From Candidatus Omnitrophota bacterium (GTDB taxonomy: Bacteria; Omnitrophota; Gorgyraeia; B26-G9): DNA of 64,000 bases. Positions within the stretch are counted from its first letter, which is position 1. Every line of letters starts with the position of its first letter. Position numbers and translations under genes: made by a program. This document shows positions 8,241 to 18,087 of this stretch, one piece after another. The notes under the pieces were generated by a model. The model saw only the letters and a program-made list of their open reading frames with translations, did no database searches and had not been told where the DNA came from. The DNA is taken from the NCBI GenBank assembly GCA_018817165.1, contig JAHITY010000128.1:5161-69160 (forward strand), written 5' to 3'.

Positions 8241-8250
8241 ACATTTAAAA

Positions 8251-8979
8251 ATGATATATTTTCTTGAACACGAACCAATCGAAGGCCCGGGGATGTTAAA
8301 GCCTTTGTTTGAAAATAATGGTTTTCTTACTTCGGTAATCAAGCTTTATGATAATCAGGATTTACCGCAGGACTTTGATTCAATAGAAGCAATTGTAAGT
8401 CTTGGCGGCCCAATGAATGTTTATCAAGAAGAGGTTTATCCTTTTTTAAAAAAAGAAGATGAATTCCTTAAAAAAATTATTAAGCTAGATATCCCTTGTT
8501 TGGGTATATGTCTTGGCTCGCAATTAATCGCTAAAGCGGAAAAAGCGCAAGTTAAGAAAGCGGAAAAAGAAGAAATCGGCTGGTTTAAAGTCTCGTTAAC
8601 TGAACATGGCAAGAAAGATGATTTATTCCATCTGGTAAATGAGCAACTTGAAGTTTTTCAATGGCATTCAGATACTTTTAGCGTTCCGGTTGGCGGGGTT
8701 TTATTGGCGCAGGGTTCTGTTTGCCGCAATCAGGCGTTTAGAATAGGTAATAATGTTTATGGATTGCAGTTTCATCTGGAAGTTACGGATAAAGAAGTTT
8801 TTGATTGGACTGGCAAATATTTTAATATTGCGGATTCAGAAAAACAGGAATACGCGAAAGATATGCTGTCAAAATATAGCGAAATAAAAAAAGATTTTGA
8901 GCTGCAAATGGATGTTATTGGCGCGAATTTTCTTAAAATTATTGAGAAGAGAAAGATCGCTGTGGCACAGGAAGTTTAA
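8251..8979 (+). CDS. Class I glutamine amidotransferase-like protein (stand-alone GATase1 domain)
   Basis: Catalytic-Cys motif GICLGSQLIA, and a downstream His in QFHLEV. 242 aa. Confidence 0.7.
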   Translation: MIYFLEHEPIEGPGMLKPLFENNGFLTSVIKLYDNQDLPQDFDSIEAIVSLGGPMNVYQEEVYPFLKKEDEFLKKIIKLDIPCLGICLGSQLIAKAEKAQVKKAEKEEIGWFKVSLTEHGKKDDLFHLVNEQLEVFQWHSDTFSVPVGGVLLAQGSVCRNQAFRIGNNVYGLQFHLEVTDKEVFDWTGKYFNIADSEKQEYAKDMLSKYSEIKKDFELQMDVIGANFLKIIEKRKIAVAQEV

Positions 8980-9016
8980 AAAATTTTAAATATCAGTGCC
9001 CAAAAATTAGGCAAAT

Positions 9017-9342
9017 TAAAATAATGATTCCCGAATCAGCAGCTAGTCGCTGCTTCTCGGGCTAAATTTCCCGCCAGAAAACAGCGGGATAAACGAGCAG
9101 GCTGACTTGACGTCGCATAGAACGTTCCGTAAGTCAGGCTAAATAATAATGATTCCAAAATATCTGCTTGGCCGCAGCTATTTCGGACTAAATTCGAGCA
9201 GGCTGACTTGACGTCGCATAGAACGTTCCGTAAGTCAGGCTAAATAATAATGATTCCGAAAGTATCTGCTTGGCCGCAGCTATTTCGGACTAAATTCGAG
9301 CAGGCTGACTTGACGTCGCATAGAACGTTCCGTAAGTCAGGC
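9017..9342 (+). repeat. Tandem array of 3 N-leader repeat units (A'+B+C, A+C, A+C) upstream of the Fis-like gene and gltBD
   Basis: Units are at 9017..9139, 9142..9240 and 9243..9342, with a period of about 101 nt. The C loop here is TCGCATAGAACGTT. It ends TCTCATTTAAGGGGAT followed by ATG 9359. Confidence 0.7.
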
Positions 9343-9358
9343 TCTCATTTAAGGGGAT

Positions 9359-9622
9359 ATGAGCGCATACACAGATAAAATTAGTATTCTCCAAGAACAA
9401 ATAAAGGATGTTGAGACTTTTTTTCTAAAAAAAGATACAAAACATTTATATAAACACATATTGGAAATAGTCGAAAAACCTTTGATTGAAATGGTTTTAA
9501 AATCAACAAAAGGCAATCAGAAAAAAGCGGCGGTGCTTTTGGGGATTAACCGAAATACATTGTTTGTTAAAATTAAAAAACTTAAGATAAACGCTAAAGA
9601 ATTCAAAGATGCTTCAGATTGA
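9359..9622 (+). CDS. Fis-family (HTH_8) DNA-binding mini-protein
   Basis: 87 aa. C-terminal [24 protein letters not shown] is a Fis/NtrC-type helix-turn-helix. It lies 37 nt upstream of gltB on the same strand. Confidence 0.6.
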   Translation: MSAYTDKISILQEQIKDVETFFLKKDTKHLYKHILEIVEKPLIEMVLKSTKGNQKKAAVLLGINRNTLFVKIKKLKINAKEFKDASD

Positions 9623-9658
9623 AAAGCAAAATTCTGAAAAAGAAAGGAATTATTCCGA

Positions 9659-12600
9659 ATGAAGTATAAACATTTACCTGCCAAGCAGGGGCTTTATGAC
9701 CCTAGCTTTGAAAAAGATGCTTGCGGTGTTGGGTTTGTTTGCAATATCAAGGGAGTTAAATCCAATCAGATAATTAAAGATGGATTGACTGTTTTAAGGC
9801 GTATGGCGCATCGTGGTGCCGTGGGCGCTGATCCTAATACCGGGGACGGTGCGGGTCTGCTGATTCAGATGCCGCATAAGTTTTTGGAGAAGGCGGCTGC
9901 TCAGGCAAAGATTAAATTACCGGAATTCGGGTTTTATGGCAGTGGTCTGGTGTTTTTGCCAACAGTTAAAAAAGAACGGGATATCTGCAAGCTTAATTTT
10001 GAAAAAATTATTGAGCAGCAGGGACAGATACTGCTTGGCTGGCGGAAAGTCCCGGTTGATAATTCCTGTATTGGCCCAGTGGCACAGGAGTCTGCTCCGA
10101 TCATCGAGCAGGTATTTATTGCGCGAAATGCCCAAATCCAAGATCCTATGGATTTTGAAAGAAAACTTTATGTTATTAGAAAACTTATTGAAAATTTTGT
10201 CCGCGGGGCTGATCTAAAACAAAAATCTTATTTCTATGTTTCTAATTTATCGTATAAAGTCCTTTCCTATAAAGGATTGCTAATGCCGCATCAGGTTGAT
10301 AAATTCTTTTTGGATTTAAAAGATAAAAGCATCGAAAGTGCTTTATGTTTAGTTCATTCTCGTTATAGTACTAATACTTTTCCTACTTGGGATTTGGCAC
10401 AGCCGTTTCGTTTTTTAGCGCATAATGGAGAAATAAATACGGTTAGAGGTAATATAAACTGGATGCAGGCACGGGAAGGTTTGTTGAAAAGTGAATTATT
10501 TGGGAAAAATATTGAGCAAATGAAACCAATTATTGTTCCGGGCGGAAGTGATTCCGCGACTTTGGATAATGCTTTGGAATTATTACTGCTTTCCGGCAGG
10601 TCTTTGCCGCATGTTATGATGATGCTTGTCCCCAGCGCATGGGAAAACAGTACTTTGATGGATAAAGAACTGCGCGATTTTTATAAATATCATGCTTGTT
10701 TTATGGAACCTTGGGATGGCCCGGCGGCAATTGCTGTGACCGATGGGATTAGAATCAGTGCCGCGCTTGATCGCAACGGTTTACGTCCGGCGCGTTATAT
10801 AGTAACAAAAAACGATTTTATTGTTATGGCCTCTGAAGTTGGGGTTTTGGACATTGCTCCTAAGGATATTGCTTATTCCGGAAGACTTGAGCCGGGAAAA
10901 ATGTTTTTTATTGATACTGAGCAAGGAAGAATTATTAATGACGAAGAATTGAAAAAAAATATTGCTATTTCTCAGCCTTATGGGAAATGGATAGATAGTA
11001 ATTTAGTGGAATTAGCCAGTTTAAAACCAGCTAAGGCTGATAAAAGTAAACAGGAAGATATTCTTACTTGTTTGAAAAGTTTTGGCTACAGTCGAGAAGA
11101 TTTAAAGATGATCATAAAGCCCATGGCTCAAACCGGTCAAGAGCCGACTCATTCTATGGGTAATGATGCTCCGCATGCTATTTTATCGAAAAAGCCGCAA
11201 GTGCTTTATTCCTATTTTAAACAGCTTTTTGCTCAGGTTACCAATCCGGCAGTTGATCCGATCAGGGAAGAAATTGTTATGAGCTGGCAAAGTTTTGTTG
11301 GCGCGCAAAAAAATATTCTAGAGGAAACTCCCGAACATTGCCATACTCTTCGGGTAAAAAACCCCCTATTATCAGACGCTGATCTGGCTAAGATAAAAAA
11401 TGTAAATGCTAAAGGGTTTAAAGCTAAAACAATCTCTCTTTTATTTAATCTGAATGAAAAGAAAAGTTTTATGCAGGCGATTAAAGGGATTTGCGATCAG
11501 GCAGTATTGGCTATTCAGCAGGGGTATACGTTTATTATTTTAAGTGATCGCGGTACTGATAAAGATCAGGCGGCAATTCCCGCGCTTTTAGCAACCGGAG
11601 CGGTGCATCATCATTTAGTCAGAAAAGCCCTGCGTACCCAGATTGGAATCGTAGTGGAGAGTGCAGAGCCAAGAGAGGTGCATCATTTTGCCCTTTTGTT
11701 CGGATATGGTGCTGATTGTATTAATCCTTATTTAATATTTAGGACATTAGATTATTTAATTAAAGAAAAAGAATTAGATATTAGTTTTGAGGAAGCAGCA
11801 AAAAATTATATTAATGCTGTAAAAAAAGGAATATTGAAAATAACTTCTAAAATGGGTATTTGTACTTTGCAAAGTTATAAAGGCGCCCAGATTTTTGAAG
11901 CTTTGGGATTGCATGATCAGGTAATTGAGCGCTGTTTTAAAGGAACTCCTTCGCGCATCGGAGGAGCTGATTTTGAAATTATCCGACAGGAAACTATTTT
12001 AAAACATAAACATGCTTATCCTGAGCGGGAAATCGGTGTCACTGATTTAGCTGTTGGTGGTGTATATCAATGGAAAAGAGATGGAGAAGCGCATCTTTGG
12101 AACCCTCAGAGTATTACTGCTTTGCAGGATGCGACCCGCACAGGCAGTTATGCTAAATATCAGGACTTTGCTAAACTAATAAATGATCAAGCGCAGCAGC
12201 CGATTACTTTGCGCAGTTTGCTTGAATTTAAAGCTAAAGAATCTATTCCGGTTGAGCAGGTTGAGCCTGTGAAAAAAATTGTTAAACGGTTTGTTACCGG
12301 AGCAATGAGTTTTGGTTCAATCAGTAAAGAAATACATGAGTCTTTGGCAATTGTGATGAATCGCTTGGGTGGAATGTCCAATACCGGAGAAGGCGGAGAA
12401 GATCCAGCTCGTTTTAACCGTTTGCCAAATGGTGATTTAAAACGCAGCGCGATCAAGCAGGTTGCGTCCGGACGTTTCGGAGTTACCACAAATTATTTGG
12501 TTAATGCTGATGAATTGCAGATTAAAGTTGCCCAAGGCGCAAAGCCGGGTGAGGGCGGTCAGTTGCCGGGACATAAGGTTAGTTCGATTATTGCTAAGAC

Positions 12601-14182
12601 TCGTTATACAACTCCTGGAGTAACCTTGATCTCTCCTCCGCCGCATCATGATATTTATTCAATTGAAGACCTGGCGCAGTTAATATTTGATTTGAAAAAT
12701 GTTAATCCTCGGGCGCGAATCAGTGTGAAACTTGTTTCAGAAATCGGAGTAGGCACGGTTGCGGCTGGAGTGGCTAAAGGCCATGCGGACATGATTTTGA
12801 TTTCAGGAGGTGATGGCGGAACAGGTGCATCTCCGATGAGTTCAATCCGCCATGCTGGTTTGCCTTGGGAACTGGGGCTTGCGGAAACTCATCAGACTTT
12901 GGTCTTAAATGATTTGAGAAGCCGCGTACGTTTGCAGACAGACGGACAAATGCGTACTGGCCGAGATGTGGCAATTGCCGCTATTTTAGGTGCTGAAGAA
13001 TATGGCTTTTGTACTACTCCTTTAATTGTTATGGGCTGTGTGATGTTAAGACATTGCCATTTGAATAATTGTAATCTGGGCATAGCTACTCAGGATGAAA
13101 TTTTAAGAAAAAGATTCAGAGGCAGAACTGAATATTTAGAAAATTATTTTAATTTTGTGGCGCATGAGTTAAGAAATATTATGGCCAGTCTAGGGGTAAA
13201 AACAATCAATGAGCTTGTGGGCAGAACAGATCTATTGCAGGTTAATTCTAAAATAATTCCTTGGAAAGCAAAAGATATTGATTATTCAAAAATATTGTAT
13301 AAACCTCAGGTTTCCCAGAATGTCAGTGTGTTTTGTACGCAAAAACAGGATCATCAAATATCTAAAGTTTTAGATAGAACGCTGATCAAATTAGCTAAGC
13401 CGGCTTTAGAGCATAAAAAGCAGATTAAGGAAACCTTGAAGATTAAGAATTCAGACCGGACTACTGGAGCGATGCTCAGCGGTGAAGTTGCTAAACTATA
13501 TGGTGAAGACGGGCTTTATGAAGATACAATCAATTTTAAATTTAAAGGTGAAGCTGGTCAGAGTTTTGGGGCGTGGTTGATCAAAGGAATTACTTTTGAG
13601 TTGGAAGGGATTGCTAATGATTATGTAGGTAAAGGGGCATTTGGCGGGAAAATAATTATTTATCCTAATGCGGATAGCAGCTTTATACCCGAGGAAAATA
13701 TCATTATCGGGAATACCACTTTTTATGGAGCAATTGCCGGAGAAGCTTATATTAATGGTATTGCTGGAGAAAGGTTTTGTATTCGTAATTCAGGATTGCA
13801 CGCGGTTGTCGAAGGAGTCGGTGATCATGGTTGTGAGTATATGACCGGGGGAAGGGTTGTTATATTGGGTAAAACCGGGATAAACTTCGGCGCTGGGATG
13901 AGCGGAGGGATTGCTTATATCTATGATGAGGATAATATGTTTAAACAAAGCTGTAATATGAGTATGGTTGAACTGCAAGTGCTTGATGCGGATGATAAGC
14001 AGATGATTTCTAGTCTGATTCGTAATCATTGCAAGTACACGCAAAGTCCGAAAGCAAAGAAGATATACGATAACTTTGTTTCTGAGAGTGATAAATTTAT
14101 AAAAGTAATGCCTTTGGAATATAAACGTATTTTAAGTCAAAAAGAACTGGGCAAAAAACTAGGTCTAGAAAAATCAATGTAG
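9659..14182 (+). CDS. gltB: Glutamate synthase large subunit
   Basis: 1507 aa. Ntn-amidotransferase N-terminus with the catalytic Cys in CGVGFVCNIKG, an FMN/Fe-S central domain, and a C-terminal GXGXG-repeat domain. Confidence 0.96.
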   Translation: MKYKHLPAKQGLYDPSFEKDACGVGFVCNIKGVKSNQIIKDGLTVLRRMAHRGAVGADPNTGDGAGLLIQMPHKFLEKAAAQAKIKLPEFGFYGSGLVFLPTVKKERDICKLNFEKIIEQQGQILLGWRKVPVDNSCIGPVAQESAPIIEQVFIARNAQIQDPMDFERKLYVIRKLIENFVRGADLKQKSYFYVSNLSYKVLSYKGLLMPHQVDKFFLDLKDKSIESALCLVHSRYSTNTFPTWDLAQPFRFLAHNGEINTVRGNINWMQAREGLLKSELFGKNIEQMKPIIVPGGSDSATLDNALELLLLSGRSLPHVMMMLVPSAWENSTLMDKELRDFYKYHACFMEPWDGPAAIAVTDGIRISAALDRNGLRPARYIVTKNDFIVMASEVGVLDIAPKDIAYSGRLEPGKMFFIDTEQGRIINDEELKKNIAISQPYGKWIDSNLVELASLKPAKADKSKQEDILTCLKSFGYSREDLKMIIKPMAQTGQEPTHSMGNDAPHAILSKKPQVLYSYFKQLFAQVTNPAVDPIREEIVMSWQSFVGAQKNILEETPEHCHTLRVKNPLLSDADLAKIKNVNAKGFKAKTISLLFNLNEKKSFMQAIKGICDQAVLAIQQGYTFIILSDRGTDKDQAAIPALLATGAVHHHLVRKALRTQIGIVVESAEPREVHHFALLFGYGADCINPYLIFRTLDYLIKEKELDISFEEAAKNYINAVKKGILKITSKMGICTLQSYKGAQIFEALGLHDQVIERCFKGTPSRIGGADFEIIRQETILKHKHAYPEREIGVTDLAVGGVYQWKRDGEAHLWNPQSITALQDATRTGSYAKYQDFAKLINDQAQQPITLRSLLEFKAKESIPVEQVEPVKKIVKRFVTGAMSFGSISKEIHESLAIVMNRLGGMSNTGEGGEDPARFNRLPNGDLKRSAIKQVASGRFGVTTNYLVNADELQIKVAQGAKPGEGGQLPGHKVSSIIAKTRYTTPGVTLISPPPHHDIYSIEDLAQLIFDLKNVNPRARISVKLVSEIGVGTVAAGVAKGHADMILISGGDGGTGASPMSSIRHAGLPWELGLAETHQTLVLNDLRSRVRLQTDGQMRTGRDVAIAAILGAEEYGFCTTPLIVMGCVMLRHCHLNNCNLGIATQDEILRKRFRGRTEYLENYFNFVAHELRNIMASLGVKTINELVGRTDLLQVNSKIIPWKAKDIDYSKILYKPQVSQNVSVFCTQKQDHQISKVLDRTLIKLAKPALEHKKQIKETLKIKNSDRTTGAMLSGEVAKLYGEDGLYEDTINFKFKGEAGQSFGAWLIKGITFELEGIANDYVGKGAFGGKIIIYPNADSSFIPEENIIIGNTTFYGAIAGEAYINGIAGERFCIRNSGLHAVVEGVGDHGCEYMTGGRVVILGKTGINFGAGMSGGIAYIYDEDNMFKQSCNMSMVELQVLDADDKQMISSLIRNHCKYTQSPKAKKIYDNFVSESDKFIKVMPLEYKRILSQKELGKKLGLEKSM

Positions 14183-14219
14183 TAGGTTGTAACAAGAGTT
14201 TTTTGTTTTAGGAGGATTT

Positions 14220-15671
14220 GTGATGAAAGATGTAAAAGCGTTTTTAAAAATTAAGCGTAAACAGTCAGAATACAGACCAGTGCGGGAACGGATCCGTGAT
14301 TTTCAGGAAGTTGTTGTTTTGCGCCCTAGCGAATATACGCAGGAGCAGGCAGACAGATGTATGGATTGCGGCACACCGTTTTGTCATTCTGCGTGTCCTT
14401 TGGGCAATGATATTCCGGAATGGAATGATTTGGTTATGAAAGGTCAATGGGAAAAGGCTTATCTGTCGCTTAGCGCGACAAATAATTTGCCGGAAGTTAC
14501 CGGAAGGCTTTGTCCCGCGCTTTGTGAATTTGCCTGCGTTTTAGGTTTGGGTGATGATCCGGTTACGATTCGGGAAAATGAATTGGGAATTATTGAGCAC
14601 GCTTTTAAGCATGGATATGTAAAACCTAATCCCCCGAAAAAACGGACAAATAAAAAAGTCGCGGTTATTGGTTCTGGTCCGGCTGGACTTGCTTGCGCTG
14701 ATCAGCTGAATAAAGCGGGGCATAATGTGACTGTGTTTGAAAAGGATAAAAAAATTGGAGCAATACTGCGCTATGGGATTCCTGATTTTAAAATTGAAAA
14801 ATGGCTGCTTGACCGCAGATTGAAAATTTTCAAACAAGAGGGTATAAAATTTGTAACAGGCGTAAACGTCGGGATTGATTTAAAGGTTAGTGAGTTAAAC
14901 AATGATTTTGACGCGGTCTGTTTAACCGGAGGGGCTCATACTCCTCGCGACTTAAATATTCCCGGTCGAGATTTGCAGGGAATTCATTTTGCTATGGATT
15001 TCCTGGTGCAATCTAATAAAAAAATCAGCGGAGAAAAGTTTAAGCTAAATGAGTTTATTGATGCTAAAAATAAGAATGTTGTTATTATCGGCGGAGGAGA
15101 TACCGGCGCTGATTGTGTGGGCGTATCTAATCGTCAGGGGGCTAAGAGTATTATCCAAATAGAAGTCATGCCTAAGCCTCCGCAATCAAGAACCGAGGAT
15201 TTTCCTTGGCCTAAATACCCGATGGTTTTAAAAACATCAAGTTCTCATGAAGAAGGCGGTAAACGTCATTGGGCGCTTCTGACCAAAGAATTTATTGGCA
15301 AAGATGGTCATGTAACTAATTTACAATGCGTGGAAGTTGAATTTGTGAAAGATGAAAAAACCGGGCGCAATAGTCTCAAAGAAATTTCCAATAGTTCTTT
15401 TATGATTGAAGCTGATTTGGTTATCCTTGCGGTTGGTTTTGTTCATCCTGTCCATGGCGGACTCTTATCGGAATTAAAAGTGGATTTGGATGAGCGGGGT
15501 AATGTTAAAACAAATGAACAGTTTATGACCAGTAAAAAAGGCTTTTTTGCTGCCGGAGACATCCGGCGGGGACAGTCTTTAATCGTCTGGGCGATTGCTG
15601 AAGGCAGAAAAGCCGCGCATTATATGGATGCTTATTTAACCGGTAAGGAAAGTCTGCTGCCGATTAAGTAG
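14220..15671 (+). CDS. gltD: Glutamate synthase small subunit (NADPH-dependent)
   Basis: 483 aa. Fe-S Cys cluster CMDCGTPFCHSACPLGNDIPEW, and a dinucleotide fold VAVIGSGPAGLACA. Confidence 0.92.
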   Translation: MMKDVKAFLKIKRKQSEYRPVRERIRDFQEVVVLRPSEYTQEQADRCMDCGTPFCHSACPLGNDIPEWNDLVMKGQWEKAYLSLSATNNLPEVTGRLCPALCEFACVLGLGDDPVTIRENELGIIEHAFKHGYVKPNPPKKRTNKKVAVIGSGPAGLACADQLNKAGHNVTVFEKDKKIGAILRYGIPDFKIEKWLLDRRLKIFKQEGIKFVTGVNVGIDLKVSELNNDFDAVCLTGGAHTPRDLNIPGRDLQGIHFAMDFLVQSNKKISGEKFKLNEFIDAKNKNVVIIGGGDTGADCVGVSNRQGAKSIIQIEVMPKPPQSRTEDFPWPKYPMVLKTSSSHEEGGKRHWALLTKEFIGKDGHVTNLQCVEVEFVKDEKTGRNSLKEISNSSFMIEADLVILAVGFVHPVHGGLLSELKVDLDERGNVKTNEQFMTSKKGFFAAGDIRRGQSLIVWAIAEGRKAAHYMDAYLTGKESLLPIK

Positions 15672-15689
15672 AGATATATTTGTTTGATT

Positions 15690-15724
15690 AAAAGCCCGCA
15701 GTGATAAAACTGCGGGCTTTTTGC
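15690..15724. terminator. Bidirectional intrinsic terminator between convergent gltD and PIN-PhoH
   Basis: AAAAGCCCGCAG-TGATAAAA-CTGCGGGCTTTTT. A 9-bp GC-rich stem flanked by an A-run and a T-run. Confidence 0.8.
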
Positions 15725-15755
15725 TTAAGTCTAAACGCTAATCGCTATCCGCTAT

Positions 15756-17093
15756 TTAAAGAATATCACTTGCGAGATCAGCAAGTTCCGAGCGTTCTCC
15801 TTTTTCCAGGTTTATATGAGTATAAATCTTTTGACCTTTCATCTTATCAATCAAATAAGCTAAGCCATTCGAAAAAGTATTTAAGTAGGGATGGTCTATT
15901 TGAAAAATATCTCCGGTGAAAACCATTTTTGTATTATCCCCGGCGCGGGTAATAATAGTTTTTATTTCATGCGGAGTCAGGTTTTGCGCTTCATCAACAA
16001 TAAAGAAAATATCGACTAAACTTCTTCCTCTTATATAAGAAAGCGGAGCAATTACCAGCTTTTCTTCATCAAGTAATTTTTGCAGTTTTTTTTGTTTTGA
16101 ATCAGATTCAATGAATGTATGCTTTATAACTCCCAGATTGTCATAAAGCGGCTGCATGTAAGGTTCAAGTTTTGAGTTGATATCCCCAGGTAAATAACCA
16201 ATATCCTTATTGCTCAAAGGAACAATAGGCCTGGCCATATAAATCTGAAAGTATTCTTTTTTATTTGCTAGGGCGCCAGCTAAAGCGAGCAGAGTTTTTC
16301 CTGTGCCGGCTTTTCCGGAAATGGTTACCAGCTGGATCTTAGGATTCATTAAAGCGTGTAGAGCGAATATTTGTTCCGCGTTTCTCGGAGTAATTCCATA
16401 AGCTGATTCTTTATTTATTCGTTGAATTTTTTTTGTTTCCGGATTGCAATAAGAAAGAACTGATTTTTTCCCATTGCGCATGATGATGTATTCATTTGGT
16501 AAAATTTCTCTTTTGGAAGATAATTCTGATGGATCGATTTCAAAAGGCTCTTTGTACATCAAATCAATCAATGCATCAGAGACATCTTCGACAACTCGGT
16601 AGCCGGTATAAAGCTCAGTAATATCTTTAACATGGTCGCTGGTGTAGTCAGCAGCAATTAAACCAACGGCTTTTGCTTTCATGCGCAGATTAACATCTTT
16701 GCTGACAAGGGTGACTTGGCGATTAGGATTCTCATCAGCCAGACAATAAGCCGTATTAAGAATCCTATGGTCAGCTAGGTCGCTGGAAAAAGTTAGGGAT
16801 AGGTCTTCGTGCATTGCTTGACCGAGCTTGATGATTATTTTACTTCTATTCGGACCAATGCGCACGCCTTCATCAAACAGCTGATCCCCGCTTAAATTAT
16901 CCAAAGCTCGGACAAATTCGCGGGCGTGAAAATTTAGGGTCTCATTACCTTTTTTAAAGCGGTCTAGTTCTTCCAATACATATATCGGAACAACTATATC
17001 GTGATCTTTAAATTGATAAAGACAGGCGCTATCATGGAGAATGACGTTTGTGTCAAGGACAAATGTTTTTGCTTTTTTTTCTGCCATATCCAA
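15756..17093 (-). CDS. PhoH2-type protein (N-terminal PIN domain + PhoH-like ATPase)
   Basis: PIN-like VLDTNVILHD, and Walker A GKAGTGKT with PhoH-family downstream blocks. 445 aa. Confidence 0.85.
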   Translation of the reverse strand: MDMAEKKAKTFVLDTNVILHDSACLYQFKDHDIVVPIYVLEELDRFKKGNETLNFHAREFVRALDNLSGDQLFDEGVRIGPNRSKIIIKLGQAMHEDLSLTFSSDLADHRILNTAYCLADENPNRQVTLVSKDVNLRMKAKAVGLIAADYTSDHVKDITELYTGYRVVEDVSDALIDLMYKEPFEIDPSELSSKREILPNEYIIMRNGKKSVLSYCNPETKKIQRINKESAYGITPRNAEQIFALHALMNPKIQLVTISGKAGTGKTLLALAGALANKKEYFQIYMARPIVPLSNKDIGYLPGDINSKLEPYMQPLYDNLGVIKHTFIESDSKQKKLQKLLDEEKLVIAPLSYIRGRSLVDIFFIVDEAQNLTPHEIKTIITRAGDNTKMVFTGDIFQIDHPYLNTFSNGLAYLIDKMKGQKIYTHINLEKGERSELADLASDIL

Positions 17094-17331
17094 AATCCTT
17101 TTTTAGATGATGTTAAAAAATAAGGGTATTTTCTTTTGCTTGAGCATCCTGCTCTAAATAGATTATACTTAAATTAAGCTTTTGAGGCAATATTTTTATT
17201 GTGATGATTTGTAGCGGTTAAATTGAGCTTTGATATAAAAGATAAGCTTCTGAAAAACCGCCGCGAAAAGATGTTTATAAAAGCCCCCAATAACTATTTA
17301 TTATTGTTTAAATAATATAAAATGATATACT

Positions 17332-17682
17332 ATGAGGCAAAGGAAAATACTCTTATTAACTATGAAAAATAGCAATCTTCTTATTTTAGTGTTAGTTTTG
17401 ATATTTCTCGGATTTACAATAAGGGCTCAAGCTGAGTTTGAAGAGCTTGTGCCTCCGGGGATGGAATTGCGCGTAATTGGACAGACAAGCATTCTTCTTC
17501 CTAAAGACGCGGAAATTCAGGAAAAAGGCGGATTAATAATTGTTGAACAAATTGATAAGTATGTGGCACGAACTATATCTGAAATGAGACAGCAAATCAG
17601 CGAGCTTAAAGCGCAGCAAGAAAAGCTGATCAAGGAGGTTGAACAATTAAAAGCAGAATCGGCAAATAAAAATAATATATAA
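17332..17682 (+). CDS. Hypothetical secreted coiled-coil protein
   Basis: Hydrophobic N-terminus and a heptad-like C-terminus (QQISELKAQQEKLIKEVEQLKAES). No recognisable family. Confidence 0.35.
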   Translation: MRQRKILLLTMKNSNLLILVLVLIFLGFTIRAQAEFEELVPPGMELRVIGQTSILLPKDAEIQEKGGLIIVEQIDKYVARTISEMRQQISELKAQQEKLIKEVEQLKAESANKNNI

Positions 17683-17732
17683 GAAAGTGTTACCAATTTT
17701 TAAAAACGTAATTTTAACCAGGGGGCGAAGCT

Positions 17733-18080
17733 GTGGCAAAAATAGATTTTATTATGGTAGGTGCTTTTCATCGAAATTGGATGATAGCACTTAAAGCATT
17801 TTTAAAAGGTAATGGTGGATTAACAGAAGTTCAAGCTTTATCCCATGAGGATTGTGATTTTGGTAAATGGCTTTATTCTGATGGAATGTTTGCTTATGGT
17901 AAAGTATTTGAATTTAGGCGTTTAGAGAAGGTTCATGTGCGGCTTCATGAACATGTTAGAGCTTATATGGATGCCAAACAATCTGAAGATGAAATGGCTC
18001 AGGAGCATTTACTGCTTAAAATTGAGGCAGCATCTGAAGAGATTTTGGGTTTAATGAAAAAAATGCAAAACAGTTTTTAA
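17733..18080 (+). CDS. Stand-alone CZB (chemoreceptor zinc-binding) domain protein
   Basis: HRNW..(x21)..CDFGKWLY..(x29)..HVRLHEHV matches the Hx3W...CxxGxWL...HxxxH signature of CZB domains. Confidence 0.55.
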   Translation: MAKIDFIMVGAFHRNWMIALKAFLKGNGGLTEVQALSHEDCDFGKWLYSDGMFAYGKVFEFRRLEKVHVRLHEHVRAYMDAKQSEDEMAQEHLLLKIEAASEEILGLMKKMQNSF

Positions 18081-18087
18081 TTAGAGG

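Noticed and set aside
1506-9342. CRISPR array interpretation of the tandem repeats
   Set aside because: The units are 95-123 nt and are nearly identical along their whole length. There are no unique spacers. There are only 3 units per locus, and no cas genes.
1091-9342. Identity with the known glutamine riboswitch (glnA motif) or downstream-peptide motif
   Set aside because: I could not find the conserved GGAAGGA/E-loop sequence blocks I associate with that class, and the unit is longer. It was considered because tandem arrangement and nitrogen-gene context are shared features, but the identity is unverified, not confirmed. An Rfam cmscan would settle it.
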